Shown here: positions 9,337-20,288 of the stretch, piece by piece
Layout of the letters: each line of letters opens with the position of its first letter
Position numbering within the stretch: position 1 is the first letter of the stretch
Assembly (NCBI GenBank): GCA_963691875.1
Contig: OY829846.1
Span: 3,136,001 to 3,200,000 of the forward strand
Origin: Aureliella sp.
GTDB lineage: Bacteria; Planctomycetota; Planctomycetia; Pirellulales; Pirellulaceae
Reading direction: 5' to 3'
Length of the DNA stretch: 64,000 bases
Notes under the pieces: generated by a model
What the model was told of the DNA's origin: nothing
What the model saw: only the letters and a program-made list of their open reading frames with translations
Database searches by the model: none
Position numbers and translations under genes: made by a program

Positions 9337-10914
9337 TCATCGCAGTGGTTTGCGATTCGTCGGAGCGCTACGCCCGTTTTCTTTTGCCGTCAGGTCTTTA
9401 AGCAGCTTTTCCATCTCTTCGCGTTTCTTGCCCGAAGTGAAGAACAAGTTGTTGGTTTCGCCTGGGTCGTCAGCAAGATTGTAAAGCTGCCCCTCTGCCT
9501 TGGGTTCTTCTTCCGGCAAGGCGAACTTCTTCATGTTCTCTCGGTCATACTTGTTTCCGCCTGAGCCCACGTGAGCCAAGTACTTCCAGTTCCCCTGTCG
9601 CAACTGAAACTCGCCGCGAAAACTTTGCGTCAGCATATGAGGTCGAATCGAGTCAACCTCGTTCTGCTGGCCCAACAGCACCGGCAGCATATCGAAACTG
9701 TCGACCGCCGCTTCATCCGGTAGAGCGTAGCCAGTCAGTGAAGCCAGCGTCGCAAAGATATCCGTGGTGTTCGTCAGTTGTTTTGAGACGCGCCCGGCGG
9801 GGATCTTGCCCGGCCAACGCGCGATGAAAGGCACCCGATGCCCGCCCTCCCAGCCGTCACGTTTCATGCCGCGCCAATTGCCTGCTGCATCGTGTCGGTG
9901 GTCCTCTCGCATCCAAATCGTATGCATGGTCTCGGGGCCATTGTCTGCGTTAAAGAAGACGATTGTGTTGTCATCAATATTCAGCTTCTTCAGCTCCGCT
10001 AATAGCCGCCCCACTAGCACATCGAGTTCGTGAACAAAATCGCCACGTGGTCCGCCTTTCGACTTTCCATTGAACTCTTCAGCAGGTAGCACGGGCGCGT
10101 GGCAGATTTGAGTGGAAAGAACCACGAAGAAGGGTTGGTCTGGCGTGCTCCGGCGATGCTTTCGGATGAAGTCGACTGTTTTATTGTAAAACAATATGTC
10201 GGCATTCACAAAGTCATAGCCAGGTGACATCCAGCCTTCATCGTTGTCCCACCGCCACTTGCCGCCAGGATTCGGTAAGTTATCTCTCTTATGTCGCATG
10301 CTGGCTGGAACTGGGACCAAGCCATTTTCAATATAGACGTAGAGCGGATCTGTGGTGGGGCAGTTCGGCGTGATAAAGGACTCGTCGAATCCACGTGCGT
10401 TGGGTCCATCGACCAGCGGCGTGCTCTTTGCGTAGTCGATCAACAGAGAATTCTTGAAGCCGCCGCCCAGAATCTTGTTCTGATTGTCGCGCCAAGTCAG
10501 CCCCACATGCCACTTGCCGAACACCCCCGTGTGATACCCCTTGCTCTTCAACATGTCGGCTACCGTCAGTTCGCCCGGCTTGATGTAGCTTGGACCACCC
10601 GGTCCCTCGAAAGCCCGCGTGCCACGACCAGTGCGACAAACCAGCTGCCCAGAATACAAACCGTAGCGAGAAGGTGAGCAAATGGTGCAAGGACTGTGCG
10701 CGTCAGTGAAACGCATTCCTTCCTGAGCCATGCGATCCAGGTTGGGAGTCTGATATGCGCAGTCTGGGTTGTAACAGGATAAATCTCCAAAGCCCAGATC
10801 GTCCGCATAGACAATGACAACGTTGGGCAGCTCCTGTGCTGAGGCTGGATGAAGCAGCAATCCTAAGGCGAGGGAGCAAAGCAATGCGCTGCCCTGCGAG
10901 TTATTAATTATCAT
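9337..10914 (-). CDS. secreted arylsulfatase
   Basis: Signal peptide (…ASA-QE), PNVVIVYADDLG, CSPSR motif, GKWH, ADNG, WEGGHRVP. Confidence 0.92.
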   Translation of the reverse strand: MIINNSQGSALLCSLALGLLLHPASAQELPNVVIVYADDLGFGDLSCYNPDCAYQTPNLDRMAQEGMRFTDAHSPCTICSPSRYGLYSGQLVCRTGRGTRAFEGPGGPSYIKPGELTVADMLKSKGYHTGVFGKWHVGLTWRDNQNKILGGGFKNSLLIDYAKSTPLVDGPNARGFDESFITPNCPTTDPLYVYIENGLVPVPASMRHKRDNLPNPGGKWRWDNDEGWMSPGYDFVNADILFYNKTVDFIRKHRRSTPDQPFFVVLSTQICHAPVLPAEEFNGKSKGGPRGDFVHELDVLVGRLLAELKKLNIDDNTIVFFNADNGPETMHTIWMREDHRHDAAGNWRGMKRDGWEGGHRVPFIARWPGKIPAGRVSKQLTNTTDIFATLASLTGYALPDEAAVDSFDMLPVLLGQQNEVDSIRPHMLTQSFRGEFQLRQGNWKYLAHVGSGGNKYDRENMKKFALPEEEPKAEGQLYNLADDPGETNNLFFTSGKKREEMEKLLKDLTAKENGRSAPTNRKPLR

Positions 10915-11351
10915 ACGTGGGTTCTAAAATGCGGACCGGTCTGCCGATGATGAAATGATCATACCTTGAGTGCCCTGCTACTGGCAAACCAGCGATATTG
11001 CTGCTCAGGGTAGATTAGAGTTTGGATCAGTGAGCCAATGGCACTCGCGATCTATTGCTTTGGTGAGCCGCATCGTCGTGAGCGTCGGGCGATTCTTGAG
11101 TAACGGGATATGCATCTCCGCGGTTCCGCTTAACATGCGGGACTACGAACTGAAGCCCCCGCGGCTAGCTGCAGGTCAGCATTCCTCTATTGCTGCCCAA
11201 CGCTCGTGCTTTGGGCTCACTTCACGAGGAAACCGAGTCGAGAGCGAGGTATTAGCCCTGACAGGCTATCAACTTGAGTCCAAGCCCAAGCAAAAATCAG
11301 TTACACTGGTGCTCCCAAACCCACCCAAATCCATCACGGCGGAGAAATACT

Positions 11352-12860
11352 ATGTCGGCAGTAGTCGAAGCAGCCACAGCAAAACAAGCGACCTTGGATT
11401 TTGTCAGTAGCGAACATAAATTGCTAATCGATGGCGAATGGCAGGCTGCTGCATCGGGGAAGACATTCGAAGTGCGAAATCCGGCCGACGCCTCGGTAAT
11501 CGCTCACGTTGCCGAAGGCGACAAGGCCGATGTAAATCTTGCTGTTGCTGCAGCACGGAGGGCATTTGAATCTGGCCCTTGGCCAAAGATGACCTCTTCG
11601 CAACGTGGCCAATTGCTTTGGAAGCTGGCGGAGCTGCTTGAGATTCACACCGAGGAGTTTGCTGAGATTGAATCGATTGACAACGGTAAGCCTAAGGCTG
11701 TTGCTGCGGCGGCCGATGTTCCCTTGGCCGTCGACCTGTTTCGCTACATGGGTGGTTGGTCCACGAAAATCGAAGGCAACACGCTCCCCATTTCAGTGCC
11801 TTACATGCCTGGTGCTGAATTCCACAGCTTTACCTTGCGAGATCCGATTGGTGTGGTCGGGCAGATCATACCCTGGAACTTCCCGCTGCTGATGGCCGCT
11901 TGGAAACTGGGTCCTGCACTTGCAACTGGCTGCACCGTAGTACTCAAAGTGGCTGAAGAAACTCCGCTGAGTGCCTTGCGGCTCGGGCAGCTAATTCAAG
12001 AAGCTGGCTTTCCACCAGGTGTGGTCAACATCGTCACTGGGTTTGGTGAAACTGCTGGAGCAGCACTCTCTGCCCATCCCGACGTCGACAAAGTTGCGTT
12101 CACTGGTTCGACCGAAGTCGGTAAGTTGATCGTCAAAGCCGCAGGCGAAACCAATTTGAAGAAAATCACACTGGAACTCGGTGGAAAGAGTCCGAATATC
12201 ATTCTGCCAGATGCCGATCTTTCGATGGCCATCCCGGGTGCAGCCAATGCTATTTTCTTCAACCATGGTCAATGCTGCTGCGCCGGCTCCCGCCTGTTTG
12301 TTCACCGCGATCAATTCGATGAAGTCGTAGCTGGTGTCGCTGAGCAAGCGAAGCAGATCAACCTGGCGCCGGGAATGAGCCCTGATTGCGGAATGGGACC
12401 GATGGTTTCCCAGATCCAACAAGATCGCGTCTGTGGTTTCCTAGAAGCTGGCTTGGAAGCGGGCGCCAAGGCTGTTTGTGGTGGACAGAAAGCCGATCGC
12501 GCTGGCTACTTCGTTGAACCAACAGTACTCGTCAACACGACCTCCGATATGCAAGTGATCCAAGAGGAAATATTCGGACCTGTTGTCGCCGCTGTTCCTT
12601 ACGACGACGAAGAACAACTTGTTGCCACCGCCAACGACAGCATCTACGGCTTGGCGGCCGCCGTTTGGTCACGCGACATCAGCCGCGCTCACAGAATGGC
12701 AAAACGCATACGAGCAGGGAATGTATGGGTCAATTGCTACAACATCTTTGACGCTGCCTTGCCGTTCGGCGGCTACAAGCAATCGGGCTGGGGCCGCGAG
12801 ATGGGGCATGAAGCGATCGACCTCTACACCGAAACCAAAGCAGTCACGATTCAGCTTTAA
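11352..12860 (+). CDS. NAD-dependent aldehyde dehydrogenase (phenylacetaldehyde/ALDH1-2-like)
   Basis: IIPWNFP, FTGSTEVG, LELGGKSP, GQCCCAGSR, EEIFGP, PFGGYKQSG; GGAG RBS before ATG 11352. Confidence 0.95.
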   Translation: MSAVVEAATAKQATLDFVSSEHKLLIDGEWQAAASGKTFEVRNPADASVIAHVAEGDKADVNLAVAAARRAFESGPWPKMTSSQRGQLLWKLAELLEIHTEEFAEIESIDNGKPKAVAAAADVPLAVDLFRYMGGWSTKIEGNTLPISVPYMPGAEFHSFTLRDPIGVVGQIIPWNFPLLMAAWKLGPALATGCTVVLKVAEETPLSALRLGQLIQEAGFPPGVVNIVTGFGETAGAALSAHPDVDKVAFTGSTEVGKLIVKAAGETNLKKITLELGGKSPNIILPDADLSMAIPGAANAIFFNHGQCCCAGSRLFVHRDQFDEVVAGVAEQAKQINLAPGMSPDCGMGPMVSQIQQDRVCGFLEAGLEAGAKAVCGGQKADRAGYFVEPTVLVNTTSDMQVIQEEIFGPVVAAVPYDDEEQLVATANDSIYGLAAAVWSRDISRAHRMAKRIRAGNVWVNCYNIFDAALPFGGYKQSGWGREMGHEAIDLYTETKAVTIQL

Positions 12861-12921
12861 CAGGCCAAGTCTCTTCAGTACTATTATCCGGCAGAGCCCG
12901 CCCCTGAATTCGACATCGGCT

Positions 12922-12955
12922 GGCGGTCGAACTCGAAAGAGTCGGCCGCCCCTTT
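12922..12955 (+). terminator. hairpin between convergent ALDH and cheA genes
   Basis: GGCGGTCG-A-ACTC-GAAA-GAGT-CGGCCGCC followed by CCTTTT. Confidence 0.55.
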
Positions 12956-12985
12956 TAGGAACCAATATCGGCAAGCGTGGATTGC

Positions 12986-15871
12986 CTAGGCTATCGCAAG
13001 CTTCTCTTCCGTTTGGCTACCGGCAAATCCAGTGCCTTGCCTATTCGCCATCTCGATGACTTCTGATACATCCAGAATCAGTGACACACGGCCATCACCC
13101 AAGATACTCGCCCCCGCAAAACCTTTTACGTTCTCGTAGTTTTCGGCAAGCGACTTAATCACGATATCTTCTTCTCCAAGAAGGTCATCCACGATGAGCC
13201 CAAGTTCGCTGCCTTTATCACCAACGATCACCAGCGTCTTCTTGGACTTTTCTGACGCGTCCTCACGTTTCACGGAATTGCACTTCAACACATTATGCAG
13301 TTCAATAACAGAGACAACGCATCCGCGGATAACTGCAGTTTGCGCTCCATGCACGCTTGAAAACTGCTCTTCCTCTACTTGAACAATTTCCAGTACGGAT
13401 TCGACGGGAATCGCGAAAACGGACTTGCTGATTACGGTAAGCAGACTCGGCAAAATCGCGATCGTGAATGGCAATTTAACCGTAATTTTCGTCCCCTGAT
13501 GCAGCTCACTGTCGATTTCGACAGTCCCATTTAGCTTCTCAAGCTTGGACAGGACGATATCCATTCCCATGCCTCGGCCTGAGATCTCAGTAACCTGCTC
13601 GGCAGTGCTAAACCCTGGCTGCCAAATCAGCGTGAAGGCTTGGCGATCCGACATGCGATCTGCTTCATCAGAGGTGATTATGCCTTTACTAATAGCTTTC
13701 TGCTTGACTTTCTCGGCATCGATTCCGCCCCCATCATCCCTAACCTCCACACACACCTGGTTGCCTCGGTGGAATGCATCTAGGGTAATCGTACCCTGCT
13801 TGGGTTTTCCATATCTCTCACGTTCGGTCGGTGACTCAATACCGTGATCCGCCGAGTTGCGAATCATATGAATCAGCGGATCGCCAAGCTCATCAATCAT
13901 CCGCTTGTCCAATTCGGTTTTATCACCGCGAATGACGAGTTTAATGTCTTTGTCAGACTCTTTAACATAGTCTCGAACGACTCGCTTGAACCTCGAGAAA
14001 AGGGGGCCAATCGGTACCATTAGCGTGTCCATCACACTTTTCTGGATACCCTCTGCCACCCGATCGAGTTGGTGCACCGATTCGCCAAGATCATTGACGA
14101 GAGCACGCATACTAGAAAGCTGCAACATGTCCGTTTGAATAGACTCGATTTCCGAGCGAAGTCGCTGCAGATCGGATTGCAGGGCATCGGAGTCGAACTG
14201 ACTCTTTCGCGACTTCCGACCTCCATCTCCTACTGTTCGCTCCATTTTCTCCAGCAGACTGGCTGCGCTTTCGAAACGATGCAATGTCTGTTTCTGAACA
14301 CTTAACTCCTTGAATTGATCGCCTATCCGAGCGAATCGAGCTTTATTGATCGCTAGTTGCCCCGCTTGATTCATCAAATTATCGAGTCGTTCAATATCCA
14401 CTCGGATCGTCTCGATAGGACGATCTTTCTTCTTCGCCTCGTCTGACTCCTCCCCTTGTTGGTTATTCTGCGCCTTCGGCCGGGCTTTTCCCGAAGATTT
14501 GGGGGAAGTTGTCTTAACACTTACTGATGCCGCATGAACGGCTTCAGAGGCGGCTTCACCGCCATCTTTCAGTGCAACATTACGTTCAAGCGCACTTAAA
14601 GAGTCGGATTCCGCCGAAGAACCAGCTTGACAGGGTGCAAGCAAAAAATTGTTAAAACCTTCCTCATTCAGTGCCTCCGCAATGTCCTTAATCATCTTGT
14701 CCGTCCGAACAGCAAAACCGTAGCAGGCAGGCCCTGAATCGACGGCATCAGCCTCTGGACGCGTCAAGAGAAGTTCACCTGTATCGGCTATTCGTTGCTG
14801 GATGAGCCGGATTTTGAGTGGAGCGGGACTTTCATCAGGCACAAGCGCAACGACCCCCAGGACGGCCTCGGAGCCATGTCCCCCCTTTAAGAACTCAGCT
14901 TTCAAAGCCTCTAGTTCATTTTTTAAAGCCCCAGGCATTTTAGAACGCTCGGGTTGTACTTGATCCGCACTGGATTCAAGTTTTGCGCCATAAGTCACTA
15001 GCGTTCTTACTGCGTCAACGAGACAATCAGAGTTTGGCTGGTCTGACTTCAGATTAGCAACGAAATCGTTCTGATAATCGATCACGAGTTGAATCGTAGA
15101 GACAAACTGTTCGTCTGGCGGACCAGAAGTGTCACCAAGATTTTGGACGAAATCCTCCAGAAGATGGTTTACGCGCGAGAGTCGATTCAGTCCGATTGTC
15201 CCTGCGCTTCCTTTGATTCGGTGGAGTGTGGCCAAGAGCTTCGAAGCATTAAAGTCCACTCCTGCTTCCAGAATGGCATTAACCTCAGCAAAAGCCTCGT
15301 CAGCTTCGTTCAAGAAGAAGCTAATGTACTTCTCTGGAATAGCCGAATGGTCTCCGATTGCTTGGAAGGCCGCACATTGCTCCTCGGAAGCGTAACACTC
15401 AGTTTTGTCTGCAGCCTGCTCGCAACTTTCCTGTGGTTCTAGCAACTGGGCGAGTTTTACCGTCACCGCTTCAAAAGCATTGGAGTCGCCTGGTGCATCT
15501 AAAGAAAGCCCTTCGATCAGCTCTGAAAGGAGATCCACAGATTCAAGAATCACTTCGACGACGTGCCGCGTGACCACAAGCGAATTGTTTCTGGCCGCAT
15601 CGAATACGTTCTCAACCTTATGTGTCAAATGATTGATATCATCGAAGCCAAGCATGGCGGACAGTCACTTCAGACTGTGCGCGTCGCGAAACATCGCATT
15701 CAAGATCTCAATATCGACTTCGTTTCCGCTGGAATCATCGGACTCCGCGATGGATTCTTCCAACGCCATCAACTCATCGTTCAGGTGAGTCAGGTACGTT
15801 TCGGATTCATCCAGAAAGCCCGAAAGCAACTCGGAGTCTATTTCGCCAAGGAATTCACTGTTCAAAGACAT
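12986..15871 (-). pseudogene. cheA: chemotaxis histidine kinase CheA with two Hpt domains, interrupted by in-frame TGA at 15667-15665
   Basis: ORFs 15665-15871 and 12986-15655 share a frame: FRDAHSLK-TGA-LSAMLGFDDINHLTHKVEN; second Hpt LHRIKGSAG; TIRVDIERLD, HMIRNSADHGIE, GFSTAE..SGRGMG, C-terminal CheW domain. Confidence 0.9.
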
Positions 15872-15874
15872 TTC

Positions 15875-16732
15875 TTATCCTCCACAAGCTGTAAGGGCAG
15901 GTGTGTTGCGGTACAAGAATGATTTGACCCGTTCACGATCCGCGACGTAGCGAGTAACACCCTCTGCTGGTCCAAGCACTAGGTAGCCGTTCTTTGCCAA
16001 GCTTCTAAAGAGGTTGGCGACTACTTTCTCTTTCGATTCAGCATCGAAGTAGATCATTACGTTGTTCAGAAAAATCACGTCAAACTTTGCGTTATCGCAC
16101 AAAGCGTCCAAGAGATTGTGAACCCGAAAGTTCACCCATTTCCGCAATTTATCGTTCGGTTTCCAGTAACCTTTCTCAACTTCCTGAAACAAATCTCGCT
16201 TTACTTCACCTGGAACATTGCGGACGCTGCGCTCGTTGTAGAGCGGGTTTTGAGCGGCCTCGACAGTGTCGGCACCAATATCGGTCCCAACGATCTCAAC
16301 GGTCCAACGCTTTGGCTCCTCGAGCTTCGAAGCTAAACAGCAGGCTGCGGTGTATGCCTCATCACCGCGGCTGCTCGCAGCCGACCAGATTCTGACCGTG
16401 GCCCCCCGTTTGCCAGCTGCGACCTGGGTTTCTAATTCAGGAATAAACGATTCACAGAACCACTCCCATTGCTTCTCATGGCGATAGAAGTATGTCTCGT
16501 GCGTTGTGATTGCTTCCAGAAAAGCGGCCCACTCCGGATGCCCGTCCTTTCTCCTAGCTGAATCGAGCAGATCCAAATACTCGTCATAGTTGCCTAGACC
16601 ATTAACTCTCATTCGACTATTCAGGCGACTGGTAACTAGAGATTTCTTCCTCTCCGTAAATCTCAAACCAGTATGATTGTAGATCAAATCCACAAACCGT
16701 TGCATCTGCTTGTCATTGAGGCTTCGATTCAT
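15875..16732 (-). CDS. cheR: chemotaxis methyltransferase CheR
   Basis: ITTHETYFYR, RIWSAASSRGDEAY, GTDI, NVMIYFD. Confidence 0.92.
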   Translation of the reverse strand: MNRSLNDKQMQRFVDLIYNHTGLRFTERKKSLVTSRLNSRMRVNGLGNYDEYLDLLDSARRKDGHPEWAAFLEAITTHETYFYRHEKQWEWFCESFIPELETQVAAGKRGATVRIWSAASSRGDEAYTAACCLASKLEEPKRWTVEIVGTDIGADTVEAAQNPLYNERSVRNVPGEVKRDLFQEVEKGYWKPNDKLRKWVNFRVHNLLDALCDNAKFDVIFLNNVMIYFDAESKEKVVANLFRSLAKNGYLVLGPAEGVTRYVADRERVKSFLYRNTPALTACGG

Positions 16733-16785
16733 CGCTCTCTCTTCGTTGTTATTTCTTCCAGACCTAACCGGTGTTTGTGTTGATC

Positions 16786-17295
16786 CTATACGCCAGCAAG
16801 CTCTTCTTGCTCTGGCACAGCATAGCTACCAAGCAGCTTCTCGATGTCGAGAAGAATCAGCAGCCGATCATCCAGATTTGCCAAGCCTGTTAAGTAGTCA
16901 CGCGCGCATCCGGCGACGGTCGTCGGCGGAGACGCTATCTGGTCTCGCGATACTCTTAGAACTTCACTAACCGCGTCGACCACGACGCCTGTCGTCTTGC
17001 CGTTGAGCTGAGTCACCACGATTCGCGTGTCCTCCGTGGGCTCAACGCTTGGCAACCCAAATCTCAAACGCAAATCAATAATAGGTATTACGGTACTGCG
17101 AAGATTGATAAGTCCCTGCACATACTCGGGCGTCCTTGGAATACTGGTAATCTCGCTGAGCAAGATAATCTCGCGCACTTTGCTGATCTCGATTCCGTAC
17201 TCTTCCTCAGCAATCCGAAAGCTAACGAGCTGTCTGCTTGTCTCTTCGAATGAAGCTGCCTCCGCTGCGTTTCCAACGAATGTAGTATTCATCAT
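16786..17295 (-). CDS. cheW: chemotaxis coupling protein CheW
   Basis: QLVSF...EEYGI.I..VREI, GLINLR..VIPIIDLR, GVVVDAVSEV. Confidence 0.93.
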   Translation of the reverse strand: MMNTTFVGNAAEAASFEETSRQLVSFRIAEEEYGIEISKVREIILLSEITSIPRTPEYVQGLINLRSTVIPIIDLRLRFGLPSVEPTEDTRIVVTQLNGKTTGVVVDAVSEVLRVSRDQIASPPTTVAGCARDYLTGLANLDDRLLILLDIEKLLGSYAVPEQEELAGV

Positions 17296-17371
17296 CTTTT
17301 TCCTTTAGGTTGTTATTTCTTATATTTGCCTGATCCAATCTGAAACGAATGCCCGGCAAAAATGAGCAAAC

Positions 17372-18478
17372 TCAAACGCCTGTGCTAATTCCACCAAGTA
17401 GCTCACTGCACTTGGTTGCAATAAGCTCATGTAGCTCGTCCAGCGAAAACTGGATGTCGACGTGTCCAGCTTTGAAGGCGGCCTTGTTCATTCCGTAGAC
17501 GTCAGAACTAGACTCATCCTGTCCTAGGACCAATCCACCACTAGCCGAAACCGCCTCGCAGCCCGCTACGCCATCAAATCCCATTCCAGTCATGATGACA
17601 CCGATGCACCTTCCCGAAAAAACTGCAGCAGCATCCCTCATCGTGACATCAACAGATGGTTTATGTCCACTTACCGCCGCCTGCTCTTGATCGATCTCAG
17701 TAACCACTTTGGTCCCTGCTCGCACCAACCTGAGATGTTTTCCGCCTGGGGCAAGGAGTGCCTGGTTTGGACGCAATACCTCACCTCCCTGTGCTTCAAT
17801 GACCTTTATTTCCGAGCAAGCATCCAAGCGAGCGGCCAATGAACCGGTAAACGCCTCAGGCATATGCTGAACGATGACAATAGGAGGAAGCGGTGGTACA
17901 AGACGCTCAAATAAACATGCAAGCGCTGGGGGACCGCCAGTTGAAACCCCGATCGCGACACAGCTATCGTGAAATCCTTCGACTACTCTATCACTCTGCG
18001 AAGAGCCCCTCCAACCGGCCTGGTCACACGGCGACTGCTTCATTCTCTCTTTTCGAATTTCAAGCACACGTCGCACATCGGCATTCGCACTTGCACGAAG
18101 CTTCCGCAGCAACATATCCAGAAACTTTTCACTACAAGAACAAGCGTCGGGCTTTGGAATGTAGTCGAAGGCCCCTCGCTCAAGAGCTTGCATCGTTATA
18201 TCTACAGAACGCTTCGTTAGGCTACTTACCACTATCACTGCAGTCGGGCGACTCTCGATAATCGCGTCGAGTGCGTCAAGCCCCTCCATCCGTGGCAACT
18301 GCAAGTCCAGCGTGACGATGTCCGGAAGGAGTTCTTCGTGTTTCTCGACAGCCTCGACTCCATCGCTCGCCGTACCCACAACCTCAAAGTCGCTCTCCTT
18401 AGAAAGTGCGTCGCAAATGACGTTGCGCATTGTTGACGAGTCGTCAACGACTAGAACACGTTTTACATCACTTCTCAT
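17372..18478 (-). CDS. cheB: chemotaxis response regulator/methylesterase CheB
   Basis: Receiver (VLVVDDS, TLDLQLP) plus esterase motifs GVSTGGP, VQHMP, HKPSVD, TGMGFDG; start set at ATG 18478. Confidence 0.93.
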   Translation of the reverse strand: MRSDVKRVLVVDDSSTMRNVICDALSKESDFEVVGTASDGVEAVEKHEELLPDIVTLDLQLPRMEGLDALDAIIESRPTAVIVVSSLTKRSVDITMQALERGAFDYIPKPDACSCSEKFLDMLLRKLRASANADVRRVLEIRKERMKQSPCDQAGWRGSSQSDRVVEGFHDSCVAIGVSTGGPPALACLFERLVPPLPPIVIVQHMPEAFTGSLAARLDACSEIKVIEAQGGEVLRPNQALLAPGGKHLRLVRAGTKVVTEIDQEQAAVSGHKPSVDVTMRDAAAVFSGRCIGVIMTGMGFDGVAGCEAVSASGGLVLGQDESSSDVYGMNKAAFKAGHVDIQFSLDELHELIATKCSELLGGISTGV

Positions 18479-18528
18479 ATTTGCTTTTCCCTTTGCCGTT
18501 ACCTTTCTCCGGCTCCTACACCATGCAT

Positions 18529-19566
18529 TCAAGCGGTGTGGGTTAACGAACCAACAGAGCCATCTGTCAAATCGACAGAAGGTGAGGGAAGTGGATTCGA
18601 TTCAGTGGCTGGCTTTTCGACACTCTCTTTTGATCGAGCAGATCTACCCATCGTGAACTCATCCGCCAATTCCACAATCCTGGCCAACTCTGGCTTTGTG
18701 ATCTGCGCGTCTGCTCCTACCGATTCGCCCTTCTTATAGTTGTCTGGAGTAAGAATCGAAGAATAGAGAGCTACCGGCAGGCAGGACAGCTGTGGATGCG
18801 ACTTAATGTTCTTGGTCAGGTGCAAACCATCCATTGATGGCATCTCGACGTCACTGATTACAAGATCGGCTATCTCCGATACCGTGCTAGTCTCACTTAA
18901 TCTTTTCTGTAGCCATTCCCAAGCTTGGCGGCCGTTCTCAAACGCAAACACCTGTCCATAACCGCTATCCTGCAGTGTGCTTTCCAATGCGCAACGCACG
19001 GTCGGAGAATCGTCTACAACCATAACCCGGACTGATTCTCGCGGGAGGTCGTTGGGATTCTCCACCGCGACAGAGCTGAGATCGTTCTTGCCGATCTCGG
19101 CCGTAATCAGCTCGAAATCGAGCATCAGGACGAGATGACCTTCGAGATTAGTGACCGCGGTGACGGGCGAGTGACAATCGATAACTACCTGAGGAGCTGG
19201 GGCAATCTGTTCCCAGTCGATCCGGTGAATCCGCTCGACCTCATCAACCAGAAAGGCAATCTGTGACTTATTGAACTCCGTCAGAATCAGGTTGTTGGGA
19301 GTCTCTGGACATGCCTCGAGACCAAGATGCTGCTCTAGCGAAACGCAAGGGATCACGATATCTCGCAGGCGGAAACACTCAACCACCGATGGATGAGACT
19401 CCGGCAAGCGTGTGATTCGTTGCGATGGCAAAATCTCTCGAACTTTTGCCACATTGATCCCGAGTCGATACCCGCCAATGCGGAACACCAGGATTTCCAC
19501 CTCGTTCGTTCCGCTTTCCAGCAGGATGTCGTTTTTTAACAATAGATTGCCTAGCCCTGTCGTCAT
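18529..19566 (-). CDS. cheV: chemotaxis protein CheV (CheW + receiver)
   Basis: ILLESGTNEVEI, GINVAKVREI, VMVVDDS, ISDVEMPSMDG; AAGGA RBS before ATG 19566. Confidence 0.9.
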   Translation of the reverse strand: MTTGLGNLLLKNDILLESGTNEVEILVFRIGGYRLGINVAKVREILPSQRITRLPESHPSVVECFRLRDIVIPCVSLEQHLGLEACPETPNNLILTEFNKSQIAFLVDEVERIHRIDWEQIAPAPQVVIDCHSPVTAVTNLEGHLVLMLDFELITAEIGKNDLSSVAVENPNDLPRESVRVMVVDDSPTVRCALESTLQDSGYGQVFAFENGRQAWEWLQKRLSETSTVSEIADLVISDVEMPSMDGLHLTKNIKSHPQLSCLPVALYSSILTPDNYKKGESVGADAQITKPELARIVELADEFTMGRSARSKESVEKPATESNPLPSPSVDLTDGSVGSLTHTA

Positions 19567-19642
19567 CGCTCTATCCTTTGGTTGTCCAGCGTCCATTGAC
19601 GCCCGTATTCATCCGCTTGTTTACAGCCAAGTAGCCTGCTCT

Positions 19643-20125
19643 CTACAAGACTATTACATGCTTTCCAGCTACCCTGACTTGGAGTTCACAAGTCGCGCAG
19701 TTGAAAATAATTTTTCGGCTTTGTTCGCCGCCTATGTGTTCGGCCACAACCGCAATCCCCAACCCATCGAGCACGCTCTTCACCGACGCATGATTCTGTT
19801 TTCCGATTTGCATCGGACCAGCAGCGCCCAGTACATTGGCTCCGCCAGCTAACTTGGCGTTTACCGATGCCTGGCCTACCCCTTCCTTTGCGAGCGATAC
19901 CAGCATTGCTGGTATCGCTTGGTCGGCAAATCTCGCGTTGCTTCCTTCTCGACCTTCTGAGTATGGAAGAACAATGTGTGCCACCGCCGCAATTTTCTTC
20001 CTCCTGCAGTACAGTGCCAACCCAATGCACGATCCGAGTATGACTTGTGCCACATCACTTTCTCGCAGGACGATGAAGTGCCCCATACCAACTGTGTAGA
20101 GACTCACTCGTTTTATGGAGGGCAT
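19643..20125 (-). CDS. cheD: chemoreceptor glutamine deamidase CheD
   Basis: LGSCIG, AHIVLP, RFAD.AI, AKLAGGA, IG..N, HIGG..SR. Confidence 0.92.
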   Translation of the reverse strand: MPSIKRVSLYTVGMGHFIVLRESDVAQVILGSCIGLALYCRRKKIAAVAHIVLPYSEGREGSNARFADQAIPAMLVSLAKEGVGQASVNAKLAGGANVLGAAGPMQIGKQNHASVKSVLDGLGIAVVAEHIGGEQSRKIIFNCATCELQVRVAGKHVIVL

Positions 20126-20288
20126 AGACCTAGACCAGTAAGTCGCTTCGTCATACTTCAGTTAACGCATACAGGTGTCGGACCGATCGCATCAGGTCAG
20201 AAACTGATGCAGCCTGCTTATAGCAAGCCGCATCTCCGAACCGTTCTCTGTCTCGTGGACAGATCCGACCTGCCAATACGCCTGTTAA

